A stretch of DNA of 64,000 nucleotides, taken from NCBI GenBank assembly GCA_965644265.1, contig OZ286459.1, positions 114,390,001 to 114,454,000 on the forward strand, given 5' to 3'. The translations under genes were made by a program, and so were the position numbers. The DNA is from Glycera tridactyla (lineage: Eukaryota). Under the pieces are notes generated by a model. That model ran no database searches. It saw nothing but the letters and a program-made list of their open reading frames with translations, and had not been told where the DNA came from. The first letter of the stretch is position 1; each line of letters opens with the position of its first letter. Shown here piece by piece: positions 11,401 to 23,200 of the stretch.

Positions 11401-14400
11401 CACTTGACCTGAATGCGAAAGTGGGCCGCACCTAGTCATGGGATGCGCGACTGCAACAAAGGGTCTGAGGATGCAAGCCAGTATGGCTGAACCATTACCC
11501 TACACTAATAGTCACAGACTGTGTGGTCTGCCCCCCCCCGTTTTGAGCTTAAAACCATGAGAGCAGGTATGAGCTACACACAACCAGGGTGGGATGGTCT
11601 GAGCACCTATCTGGGATAAGAAAATAATGGTCCTAGGTCAGCAACGGTGCTATAATGAGTGACTACAAAAACCCGCTACAGTGATACCCCTCACCAGTGT
11701 ACACATACATGCAAGCACAAAAGCAGGGTTCAAATTTCGATCGCAGACAAGAAGGTAGCGCCTCGCCAAGATTAGTCCTGTCACCCATAAATAGCTATAA
11801 AGTGTCACATGATATCAGTCCTATGTAACTTGTGACATTCCTGTACAAGGAACTGTTAAAAAAATGAATAAATAGATAAGGATTGAGGGGGTTGGTGCGT
11901 CACAATTGCTTAGAGAGGTCATGCAGTGAAGGACATGGCAGTGAGTGATGCAAGCCTTGCCCACGACTTACAGGCTATACCGGGGCAATATATCTTCACA
12001 AGTTCGTCTATCACCATCGACGTAGAGGTATTCAGTTTAATGGGTAAAGGTTCGTTCGAATCGATTGAGGTCTAACGGCATATATCAACCCACAGAGGTT
12101 TATGGTATGAAACTATTAGGTGGCCAGCAACCCACACATGTTATTGGCACAGTAGGAAGATGATTGATTGGATACGAATGGATGAATAAATGAATGAATG
12201 AAAGGGCAAAAGAAGGGCNNNNNNNNNNNNNNNNNNNNNNNNNNNNNNNNNNNNNNNNNNNNNNNNNNNNNNNNNNNNNNNNNNNNNNNNNNNNNNNNNN
12301 NNNNNNNNNNNNNNNNNNNNNNNNNNNNNNNNNNNNNNNNNNNNNNNNNNNNNNNNNNCAGGGTCAAATATATGAATGAATGGATAAACGAACGACCCAG
12401 ATCACAAGGTGATGAATGTTATCTTCAGTGTGATCACATGGTTGTATCTCAACCACATGTCGATCTCATGATTCGGGTGCGATTTCTATTGTATGCCAGA
12501 ATACTCAAGTGTTATATGACATATTAATTGATACAACTTGCTAGATATTCATAGTCTTACTCCGTCAATCCTGGGTGCATTCGTGCACCCAGGAACTATG
12601 TCTAGTTCTCCAAAGATTTAGGTCAAAGCTGTCAAAACTGGCCATCAGTTCACTTTCCACAGATCTTATCTACGAATATGCATTCGGTCAACGTTGGTTT
12701 GTCTGGTAGACACAGGGGAGGTGGAAGGGCTTCCTTGTATATTTGTGGGATTGGGAAAGCAGGGAAGTTATTGTAGTGGTTGTGAAGGAATGTGTTGCAT
12801 GGTAGCAGATTGAAAGTGCGTGAAACTACAGTTGAACCTGCTCTAAAGACCACCTCTCTATAGAGACCACCTCTCTGTAAAGACCACCCTGAGCTGCGAC
12901 CGTGGTAGTATTTTCAACAGTAAATGACCTGATTATAAAGGCCACCTGCTTATATAGACCATTTTTTGATGCGACCGAAGGCGGTCTTTATAGAGAGGTT
13001 CGACTGTACCTTGCAACTATTTGATCACAGATGACGATGTATTTCATAAATGTTCACCTCATATTGGTGTCCTTGGAGGATGGGCAGGAGTAGAAATCTT
13101 GCATGATACTACCCTTTGCATACATATCTCAGTATAGCCCAGTTATGCCAACGAGACAGCCAACAAACCAACCCGAGATCCGGATACTTGGACTCTTACC
13201 AAACATACCCCTGAGCGATACTATGAAGTGTGACGGCATTGTTAACTGTAAAACTTGTTCCTGGTTGCCCGTATACATCAGCATATACCATATTGGATAG
13301 ATATGCCCGACCCTTACCTGGTTTTCATATCATTTCAGCTTCCATTTGGAACCCAATAGGAAGAGTGATCCCACCGATGTCCTACTGCATGGACGACTCA
13401 CAACTGCCAAGCTGGTACGAGCGGGATGTTAACCTCAAATTAGTGACCAACCGGCCCAACCCTCATACGTTTCCTTGTTTCGATCTGGGCACTAAGTTCA
13501 AGATTGTTCCTATCCGGCTTGAATGTGAGCGTTCAGTCCGTTACATATTTCTTATTTACAATCAACCGTTATCACAGATTGTGGTGGGTCTGAACTGTCA
13601 TCCGTTTCCAATCGGCAACCTACTTTATAAATGTTCACCTTCCGTTGGCACCCGCGAGGAGGTTTGTTTGTTTGTTTGTCTGTTTGAGTTTAACGTCACT
13701 TAAACCCGGATGGGTTGTATTGGACTGAAAAAACTTAAAATGCTGAAGAAAACAGTCACTGCCTGCCGGGGGCCGTCCCTACTCTTTGCGAAAGACAGCA
13801 GTGGATCTTTAACGTGTGTCAAGGAAGAGACTCCTATCAACACGTCCGGCCTTTGGTATCCCAGTCGGTATGCACTCGGTTAGGAGGAGTCCTGAGTGAT
13901 CGCACCTTTTTGCCCATTGCTGGGCGTCACAAAATAGCACATGTAGCCCTTGTGTGACGTTAAACCAGAAAAAACCCAATCAACCCATCAGCTTGGGTGA
14001 GCCATGCACGAGAGGGAGAGTAATGTTTACGTAAGAACATAGATCTAGTTCTCATATATATAGAACATACGACACGCATGATCCAATGTTATGATGCATG
14101 ACACTAAACTACCCCTGCCCAGAAAATATAGTTGAGACAGTTGTTTAATACGGAATTGACTTTACATCAGAGAATCAAAACTGTCTCCGAGTTGGTACCA
14201 TTGTTATCTCGCAAGTAGCTATCTCACAGATAAGGCTTTGACACAGGTGAAGGCTTATCTATCGGTGACCTGATATGCAGCTGGCATGGGCAATCTTGAA
14301 ATCAGGAGAGTGATCAAGCTGACCTATCTTGTCAACCCTATGTCAAATTAGACTGTTTTGTCTGCGTATATTCTGCATTTCACCTCTTATCAAGAACCAT

Positions 14401-15879
14401 CGAGAGAGCTTTCGGAAATGACAAACAAAACTCCTATCAGCCCGAAATGACACATTCAAGTAGAATGCGGAAGATTATCGCGAGAGCACACCATGTTCAA
14501 TGAATGAACGTCTCAGTATAGCCCAGCTGGTCAAACATTCAATATGACTGGAGAAATTAGCCCCACCTAGGATGTAGGTCCCAAGCGGTCTTGACAGACC
14601 GATGGAAAAGTAACCACCCAGCCAACCGTCCACTATATAATCAATCACTCACTCTCTTTTGAGCCCGCCTGAAATGTGAGTTTTGAACGATCACAGCCAT
14701 AGCTATTGGATGAACGTCTCACTATAGGCCAAATGGCGCTCCCAGGACATACAACGATCAACCAATCTATCACATAATTGATCAACTTCCTTTGGGGGAC
14801 CCACGAGAAATCTTGTATGATCGCACTCATTCATAGCATGATCGTCACAATATAGCCTGTCTGTTGATCAACCAACCAACCAATCAATCAACCAAGCATC
14901 ATCTCGTGTTCAGGGTTTGTGAGGGTAACCCTAGTCTTGATACATGGATGCCATGTGAATCAATCCCATGTTCACAGGGTAGCTCCTTGAAAGAAATGAC
15001 ACATCGAGTGTGTGAATTCAAAAAAATGCCCTCTTTCAGGGACCCAGGATAAGTCTTGAATGATCCCACCCATGCCCATTGCATGGGCGTCACAATATAG
15101 CACAAATTGAGCTGACGTGACGTTAAACCACACCCAACCAATCAACAGATAGGTAATGGAGTGAGCATAAGACTGATGAGTAAGGAAAGTAATGATTGGA
15201 TAAATCGGTAGGGCTGACTCATAACCTGGCAGAAGATGATGGCTGAATGATTGATTTACAAGTGAAATGTCATCTGTTACATTTTGCTGCGTCATCAGGA
15301 CGTACGTTTGTTAGAACAAGGACGTACGAGAAAAACGGCCAAGTCGATCACAAGACTTGCTGATAAGAGGAATGTTCAATGGTTCAGATAGGCAGACAGA
15401 AAGATAAACGGACTGACTGATTGACAGGCAGACAGATAGGGAGACAGGTAGAAAGACNNNNNNNNNNNNNNNNNNNNNNNNNNNNNNNNNNNNNNNNNNN
15501 NNNNNNNNNNNNNNNNNNNNNNNNNNNNNNNNNNNNNNNNNNNNNNNNNNNNNNNNNNNNNNNNNNNNNNNNNNNNNNNNNNNNNNNNNNNNNNNNNNNN
15601 NNNNNNNNNNNNNNNNNNNNNNNNNNNNNNNNNNNNNNNNNNNNNNNNNNNGGACGGAGAGGTGGTTGGGTGGATGAACTCGCCGGAGAAAGATAATACT
15701 CGAGATGACCCCTCTCTCAGATAAAATAGCATTATATGTATATAGAATGCTTGGCCGCTTAAAGCTGACACAATATACACAAATATAGGTTACACTCACT
15801 CGTCCGAATCTTGCCGTTCTCGGTTGTATGTTTCCACTAGAGTGCTCATATTAGCACCGAAGTCGAAGAATTCATCCAT
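7892..15879 (-). CDS. Gene 2: complete 4-exon ORF (327 aa), uncharacterised protein with a candidate TIR-like/flavodoxin-like alpha/beta domain and a disordered tail
   Basis: Exons 15879-15800, 11325-11268, 10179-9912 and 8469-7892 (80+58+268+578 = 984 nt) join with GT-AG sites and intron phases 2, 0, 1, with no internal stop. Start context gcaaccATGG. Protein runs MDEFFDFGANMSTLV...RRSVCVAGYNRDAIQTIKRKIASL...PKVVLVATHCPG...DAGADIMVVLVGL...QPLLRLLARENCFMTV...ASAVF*. Confidence 0.75.
9912..10179 (-). CDS. Gene 2 exon 3 (first half of the alpha/beta domain)
   Basis: Acceptor tattcatttcag, donor G|gtgagt. Lies within ORF 9904-10341 and shows alternating hydrophobic strands and amphipathic helices. 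Confidence 0.8.
10302..10458 (+). mobile_element. SINE-like family A copy (another at about 10955-11100)
   Basis: aaatgacaccttgag...ggtgctgacatgacgttaaacaagaaccaacc. Confidence 0.75.
11268..11325 (-). CDS. Gene 2 exon 2 (E-WGNYVSATSGKRRGPIDKT)
   Basis: Acceptor attctctttccag, donor ACA|gtgagt. The phase 2 to 0 frame is open and exactly bridges exons 1 and 3. Confidence 0.65.
12829..13006. mobile_element. MITE with terminal inverted repeats and TA target duplication (Tc1/mariner-pogo type)
   Basis: ta|cagttgaacctgctctaaagacc ... ggtctttatagagaggttcgactg|ta. A degenerate copy lies at about 38629-38803 and a half copy at about 2343-2423. Confidence 0.85.
13627..13990 (+). mobile_element. SINE-like family A copy split by a family C insertion
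   Basis: Family A sequence resumes after 13881; aggagg is duplicated at 13657-13662 and 13882-13887. Confidence 0.75.
13663..13881 (-). mobile_element. SINE family C, young copy, 6-bp TSD
   Basis: TSD aggagg; highly similar to 49045-49251. Confidence 0.85.
14953..15145 (+). mobile_element. SINE-like family A copy, preceded by a fused family B fragment (about 14897-14950)
   Basis: ccatgtgaatcaatcccatg...gacgtgacgttaaaccacacccaacc. Confidence 0.75.
15800..15879 (-). CDS. Gene 2 exon 1 (MDEFFDFGANMSTLVETYNRERQDSD)
   Basis: Strong Kozak ATG, donor GA|gtgagt (phase 2), locally CpG-rich. An in-frame ATG also lies 5 codons upstream at 15894. Confidence 0.6.
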
Positions 15880-16380
15880 GGTTGCGCGGCGCATGCACTG
15901 GCCCGGAGTGTAGAACGGATGGGGCCGATGACTGTTTCTCCTTGTGTCGGGGGATCGTTAGATCAGGCTTCTGTCCCGAGGTACGGCGGAGGTGTCCAAA
16001 GTCTGTCCATATCTCCTCAAGTGCCCCTTGTGACTGTTACTCTCACTGCATGATGAGGGATACTGCGTGCTAGTTCGGTGTAAACATGGCCCACGATGTC
16101 CCGCTTCTCTCCTCGTTCCCTCAATAACCCATATATTTGTTGAGTACCATGGTATTGAGATATCCCCCTCACTCCTCATACACAGACACAGATAGACTCA
16201 CATACACACACACGCACGCACTGTCATAATAGCGCGCAAAGTCAGTCGCACACACACGCACGTACATGCACACAAACATTTCATAATTTTTCACCTCCTG
16301 TCAGGGGAATCAAAACGTTTCTTCCTTACAACACCCCCTCCCCCGCCCCTCAGTGTCAAAAAATAACTGACCTAGTGGAA

Positions 16381-16590
16381 ACCATGTGAATCAATCCCAT
16401 GTTCACAGGGTAGCAGTATGGTCAACATTTTTAACAACGGAAATGACACCTCGAGTGTATGTGAGTTTCATAAATTTTGCGCCTTCTATTGCGGAGTCAG
16501 GAGGGGTCCTGAATTATTCTACCCATGCCCACTGCATGGACATCACAATATAGCACAAATGGAGTTGACGTGACGTTAAAACAGAACCAA
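16381..16590 (+). mobile_element. SINE-like family A copy
   Basis: Long copy of the same consensus. Confidence 0.78.
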
Positions 16591-16809
16591 AAGAGAGAGG
16601 GGGAGAGAGAGGGAAAAAGGAGAGGGAGAGACAGAGACAGAGACAGACAGACATACAGAGACAGAGGCGGACAGACAGACAGAGGCAGAGGCAGAGGCAG
16701 AGGCATAGATAGACAGTTGATCAACATATTGTTTTATTTGATTCATTATGGATCTTCCGTTCCCCGTAGCATTCTTGTCTTTCTTTCTTATCATAACTCG
16801 GCCTTGCCT

Positions 16810-17122
16810 CAAGTGCTGCGCTCTGCTAATGAGAAATCATTGTTATCAGCTCGAATGTCAGCTTCCAGTCAGCTGTATAGTCAGATATGCCATCTCCAGG
16901 TTCATCATGTTCACGTTGAGGAGTTAGAGGTGTATCTGAACTGTCAGATGCTTCCGCGTGACGATCTTTCAGATTCCACATCATTTTGTGTTCAGGGTTT
17001 GTGATGGTGATATCTGCAGGGGCGAGAACGTCTAACCTCAATTGACCAAGAGCACATGGCAAACATAATATCTGGGTTGATACAAGCCGTTGAATTTCGA
17101 ACAATCAAACAAACAAACAAAC
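16810..17122 (+). mobile_element. Non-LTR/SINE-like family B copy
   Basis: Colinear with 1434-1735, with an (aaac)n tail. Confidence 0.7.
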
Positions 17123-19369
17123 AGAACTCACTGCTGACTGAATGGCCAAGCTGAACTTCATTTATCAAAGAATACGTAGGTGTATACCATGATATGGTTA
17201 CACCAAAGTCTGTATAAGGATGCTCGAAATATGTCGCTTCTTTCTGCGAATCACAGCGATGCGCACATAGATATACAGATAAATGGATCAATCCATACAC
17301 CATCCCAAACACCAACTGCCAACTGGCTGATCGATGATGCATTCACTATATCACTCGCATGCTTCGTATCTTCCTAATATTAGCTAACACGACCGTTTCT
17401 CATATTCGTGAGTATTTTGTCCTCAGGACCACTACCTGTTATGGACAACCTTACCGACTTGTCCGTTAGATGAGCGTTCCAAAATAGCCCATTTGGCACT
17501 CTCGATACGTTAAACATCGGTAAAGTGAGCTTGGTATTTTAACTCTCCCGAAATCTAATTCACTCTCCCCGGGAAGAGGGCGAGGGGCTAAATTTGAAGA
17601 GTGTTAGGTCCAAAACAAACCATCATGCCCCACCTCTCACCTGTTGATACCCGCCAATTGATTTCCTCATTCAATGATATAGCTCCATTTCTTTCAACGT
17701 ATTCATATGCATACCACCAGCAATACTATTGGTCTACTAATTTGAGATAATCACAGAAATACTATCCCAACATGACATATCTCTGGCATGGGGAAAAGAT
17801 TGAATGAAGATTGAATAGAGTGAGCCCTACTCGAAAACAAGATGATCAGTGGATTGAATTGCTTCAACTGCCTATTTTCCTCAGTTTCCATGATGAATAG
17901 GATTCTTTTGACACTCCAGACTAGATAAAGTACCACAAGGATGATTTCACACTGACCAATATTCATGAGAGTGCTCAGATGGTGGCAATTTTGTCAAAAA
18001 TAAATTTGACGATGATGACATAAGAGGATTTGCATGATAAGATTTCGCGTGGAACGCAACTAAATCATCAGTTCTCTTGACCCTCACTAGATGCCGCTCA
18101 CTCGTCCTTATGTTTTGCCTGTTGGACGACTTCGACTGTGTGGATATAACGCTCTCAGGGTTATCACTTATCAGGTAGGAATACACCATTACTTGAATCG
18201 GCGCTCCGTTGTGGGGAAAAGTAGTGTGTGACAAGTTTTCTTTGCAATGGGCATTGGAGGGCTACTGCTACTGTTACTGATGAAAGCTGCTACTACTCTG
18301 TCAAATCCAAATGTGGCGGGTACGTTTCAGAAGCTAACTTCGCTATTTTTCGTCCGAATTTGGTCATAATGCTACGGGTTGTATGCTATGGGTTGTATTG
18401 ATCTTCCGGCGATCATCCAACTTGGTTTCAGGTGTCTACAAACTCTTCAAGAGGATACGTCATCATTTCATTGCATTTTTTCCGCGAATCTGCCGGCATT
18501 ATCGCCGATTATTCGTATGTGAAATAGTGGGGATACCGCCACCGCACTTGCCGAGAAACCAGCGCTGAGTTGCGACGTAGGCGGGCACCAGTAGGGTGTT
18601 CAGTTGCAGCTAACAATCGCTAACGTTTTGTAATGGAAACAGGGTCCCCGATCTTTTCCGACTGACTTGAGATACAGAATATTTGATAGGGGAGTTGACG
18701 AACGTTTCCTCTGTTAGCTCAACTGAACAGCCTGCTGGCTAGGTAATCACACGCTAATCAATGTGAGCATCTGGATTGGAGGTTAAGATGGCTGTGAGAC
18801 TTTCCCTGCAAGAATTTCTTCAAAATTTCTCACACTTGCATGCTAACTGCAAGAAACTTTTGGGGAATACTCCTATCCAGGCTCATTCTCGTGCTATGAT
18901 CCATTGGAGATTGCCCGAAATGTGAAACAATCAGTAAAATTGACAAAGATATCATAAACTAAGTTTTTTGGTTGAATATGATGAGAATTGGTCTGGCCAC
19001 TATAGGACTAATGGAGATTATTTCTTGTATAGAAAGAATTGTCTGAATGTCCATGACCTATCTTTAATTGGAGTGTTTTCAGCAGTGGTTTACCCATATC
19101 GAAAGAAAGCAAAGGAAACTCATGTCACCAGCATAACATCTGCAGGAAAAATCTGAATTTTGAGCAAATTGGTAAAATAAGGATTTTATACGGCGATTTT
19201 CTTTATATGTCATCCACACATTCATGGATCTTCCTCAATTTGCATGAATATACACCATCAGATGGTAGAAAGGAACTCTCACCAGGCTGTTTTTCTTGCT
19301 GCAAATCACCAACACATCCACTCAATCAAATATGAGCAGCTAATAGAGCTAATAGAGTCACTCTGCACT

Positions 19370-19620
19370 CAGTGACCTTGAAATTCAAGATAGCCGCCCC
19401 AATCGATAGGTGTCTTATTACAGCCTATTGATAGATGTCTGGCAATGACCCAGGGGAATCTGTACACAGAGTTTGAGAAGGCTAGTTCTGAGATTTTCAA
19501 AGTTATCGTCCAGAAACCATTTTGTCGTTTTTGCACTCAGCGCCCTCGAAATTCAGAGTTTGAGAAGGCTAGCCCCTAAACTTCGGGAGTTATTGTCCGG
19601 AAAGCATTTTGACACATTGG
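19370..19620. repeat. Decayed modular repeat fragment (HINE-like)
   Basis: Internal direct repeat cagagtttgagaaggctag twice, each followed by gttat.gtcc.gaaa; gtgaccttgaa module. Confidence 0.35.
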
Positions 19621-20223
19621 GACTCTGTAGCAGTCTTGCCCTGCCATTTAGTGTTTCCCTTAGAACGCCCTACTTACAACGTTCTCACCAATAGATAAGT
19701 TCCTTAATCGAAATATCTCGCAATTTCTTGTGACACAAGAACTCATCATTCTGCTTTTATAAACAAATTTATTCTAATAGGATAGGTACTCGCTGGAACA
19801 GTTTGCAATCAAACCAAGAAAGACGCACACTCATACAGAATCAACGTAGATCATATATACACAACACAGTACAACTGTAATTGAACGAGTCAAAATATGT
19901 GTTAAACAGCTCCTATAATAATTTACACCATTCTTGCATAGGGATGCCTGAACTAGGTTGGGACTCCTAATCATGAATACACATTTGGACCAAATACTGT
20001 GAATGTTCTGCCAGTAATAATATACCAACTGAGACTCTTGAATTGATGGCTCGTAAGAGAGAAGGAAATATCCTATTAGGATGTATCATGGATCTCCAGT
20101 GGCAATGACAAGATCGAACAAGCGTAAAGATCCCAAACCACGGTACACATAAATTTCAAAACTATTCACTACGACCCGGCGAATGACCCCACCTCCAGGA
20201 TTGCGGAACAACCGTCGTGATGT

Positions 20224-20239
20224 GATATATATATATATA

Positions 20240-20279
<40 letters not shown>
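20224..20279. repeat. (TA)n microsatellite
   Basis: Directly visible. Confidence 0.97.
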
Positions 20280-20281
<2 letters not shown>

Positions 20282-23200
20282 ATGAGACATCCCTCCCCGA
20301 ATCCATTCCCTGAATTGAACCCTCACAGTGTAGAGAAGAGCACTTTCGCATNNNNNNNNNNNNNNNNNNNNNNNNNNNNNNNNNNNNNNNNNNNNNNNNN
20401 NNNNNNNNNNNNNNNNNNNNNNNNNNNNNNNNNNNNNNNNNNNNNNNNNNNNNNNNNNNNNNNNNNNNNNNNNNNNNNNNNNNNNNNNNNNNNNNNNNNN
20501 NNNNNNNNNNNNNNNNNNNNNNNNNNNNNNNNNNNNNNNNNNNNNNNNNNNNNNNNNNNNNNNNNNNNNNNNNNNNNNNNNNNNNNNNNNNNNNNNNNNN
20601 NNNNNNNNNNNNNNNNNNNNNNNNNNNNNNNNNNNNNNNNNNNNNNNNNNNNNNNNNNNNNNNNNNNNNNNNNNNNNNNNNNNNNNNNNNNNNNNNNNNN
20701 NNNNNNNNNNNNNNNNNNNNNNNNNNNNNNNNNNNNNNNNNNNNNNNNNNNNNNNNNNNNNNNNNNNNNNNNNNNNNNNNNNNNNNNNNNNNNNNNNNNN
20801 NNNNNNNNNNACATACAAGCAGAGCACNNNNNNNNNNNNNNNNNNNNNNNNNNNNNNNNNNNNNNNNNNNNNNNNNNNNNNNNNNNNNNNNNNNNNNNNN
20901 NNNNNNNNNNNNNNNNNNNNNNNNNNNNNNNNNNNNNNNNNNNNNNNNNNNNNNNNNNNNNNNNNNNNNNNNNNNNNNNNNNNNNNCATGCCCACATACG
21001 CCTACACATATACTTCCTATTCTGTTAGTCCATTGGTCCTTAGGAAATGTAGGACGAGCCAATCCATCAATTCGCGACCTGTCAATGGATCAAATAGGTA
21101 AAACAGTGACAGCGGATAGAAAGGCTCGTGGGGGCATCTGAAAAGTTAGGGACCGATCCATGATACATACGAGTAAGCGTGTTTGATACCACATTATGCA
21201 ATGTACCCAAGTGTAGGTTCTAGTCCTCGTCATTAGGTCTCAATACTGAATATATTTGTCGGCACCCACTGATATTGAAAGCCGACCACTTCTTCATCAA
21301 GGACATCAGTAAATAAACATGCCAGGAAAGAGATCAGAGCCAGCTCGACTAGGTGTTCAACTTGAGTTCAAGACACAGTGCCTCTTGCTTTACTTTCTTA
21401 TTGCTGCGGTGATTAAAATGTGAATGTGATAGCTTACAGTCTGGTATCCGTGACATGTTCACTTGACTTTACAATACCAGTCCTGTGCATAACTGTTCAA
21501 AGCTAAACCTGTACCATCTCTGGGAGTATACAACCACAAACACTAAATTATCCGCATGACTAAATAATATACCATCACTGCCTACTGCAAAGTAAGCGAG
21601 ACTACATAGCATCGGGTTCCGTTTTTTCGTGCGGCGATCGTGCTGTATATTACAACTCCCATCTGAGCAGTAATATATGCTTAAGATCACTGTTTGGTGC
21701 AGAACCAAAGTGACTGTACCTATTTCGCTCCTTTAGAGTATATAGCTTTGATTGTTTTATGAAAATCATCTTGTTCAAGGTAAGTAGAGTGCATGTACAC
21801 TTCAAACATTAAGAGCACAACACATTGGACTAGTTGGAAACAAATGATCTCGAATTGGCTTGAATTTAAATCCAGTCACTGCCCATGGTATGTAATGGCA
21901 AGGATAGTAAGCGTGACCATACAGTCCCATAAAACATGCCTCAATAACCCGGGCTTGAGTTATTTCTGTGGGTCCTTGAAATACACCCAAATGTACCGCA
22001 TTGCATTGTAAAGTGTCGTATTGCATATTCACGCCATGGACCTCAAAAGCGATACCCTGGTATATTCAACAAGACGAGGTATATATATGAGACTGAAACA
22101 ATCTACCATTTCCCCGCAGAGGGGATACGTCCCCAATGTCATTTTATGAACACCAATGATATTCAGGATAATCGCATGAACAAGGATTTATTGGTGATGA
22201 ATCTTCATGATTTCACACTTGAATGCGGCTAACAAAGTATGTGACAGTCTAGCATGCACAGCGTGACCATGAAGAAGTATTATGGCTGCTGAGGACAACA
22301 AGAATACCTCATGGACTTACTATATATCTACTGGAAGGCCATGATCTCGTACAGACTGGCTTTGATCACTATCACCCGGAGTTTGTATTACACTGCGTGA
22401 TCGATTCCGGTCTGTACGTCATCATTATAATGTTCATTACATGCAAAAATCACAAAAGTAATATCATCAATCTCTACATAGTCACAATGAGCAATACATC
22501 TGTAATCAGGCAGTGACAGAGAATTATAATATTTACAGCTTGTGCGAAAATAGTCAACATACCTTCATTCACATCTTTCAAATACTGGTATGAACTGGTG
22601 TCTTTCTGTTCGGATTGAATTTGTTCCATTTTGTGTCTTTCATTCACAGTGAGAAGCGCCACCTATCGATGAACGATCAAAGTGACTCTTGGATTGGGTC
22701 TGTGTTTTGTTAGTTTTCAGCTCTGCCACCCGTGGCGCTTCTCTGCACATATGCAGATCTTGCATTTCATGCGAACTTCTCTGTTGGATAGCCGAGGTGA
22801 TATTTATCGAAATGTATACGCCGTAACAACCGAGAGTCCCTATTGTTAAATAACATTCTGATGTGATTTCGCTGGTCCTCTGCGATTTCGGAGTTACGAT
22901 ACCAAGCCGCGACACTACAACGCCCCTAGCGGCAACACATAACCCCAGCGAAAAGTATAGGATACACTGATGGAATGGTGGGAGCGGCCATGTTCGACTG
23001 ATCCAACGGTTCAGCATGTGTTCTGTCGTATAGGGTAGAGATTCGACCGTCTCACAATCATCAGCAATTATTTGCAATCTGAGTTTGGTCGAGGATCCTA
23101 ATCAGATATTTGCTATTGTTGACAGTCTGTGGGCATTACCCCGAACGTCTTTCTCCGCTCCTGTCGATGACGTCACTTCAACCAGCGAAAGTACGATCGG

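Noticed and set aside
5700-15200. CTGATGA words (5705, 15175) as hammerhead ribozyme cores
   Set aside because: No stem II closed by C-GAAA and no matching stems I and III.
21170-21240. tRNA-like B box (ggttctagtcc at 21216-21226)
   Set aside because: No cloverleaf; at most a decayed SINE head, not a tRNA gene.
22560-22612. Exon-like MEQIQSEQKDTSSYQYLKDVNE with a gaag|gtatgt donor; also an acceptor-flanked stretch near 27997-28074
   Set aside because: No phase-compatible partner exons found and no recognisable domain.
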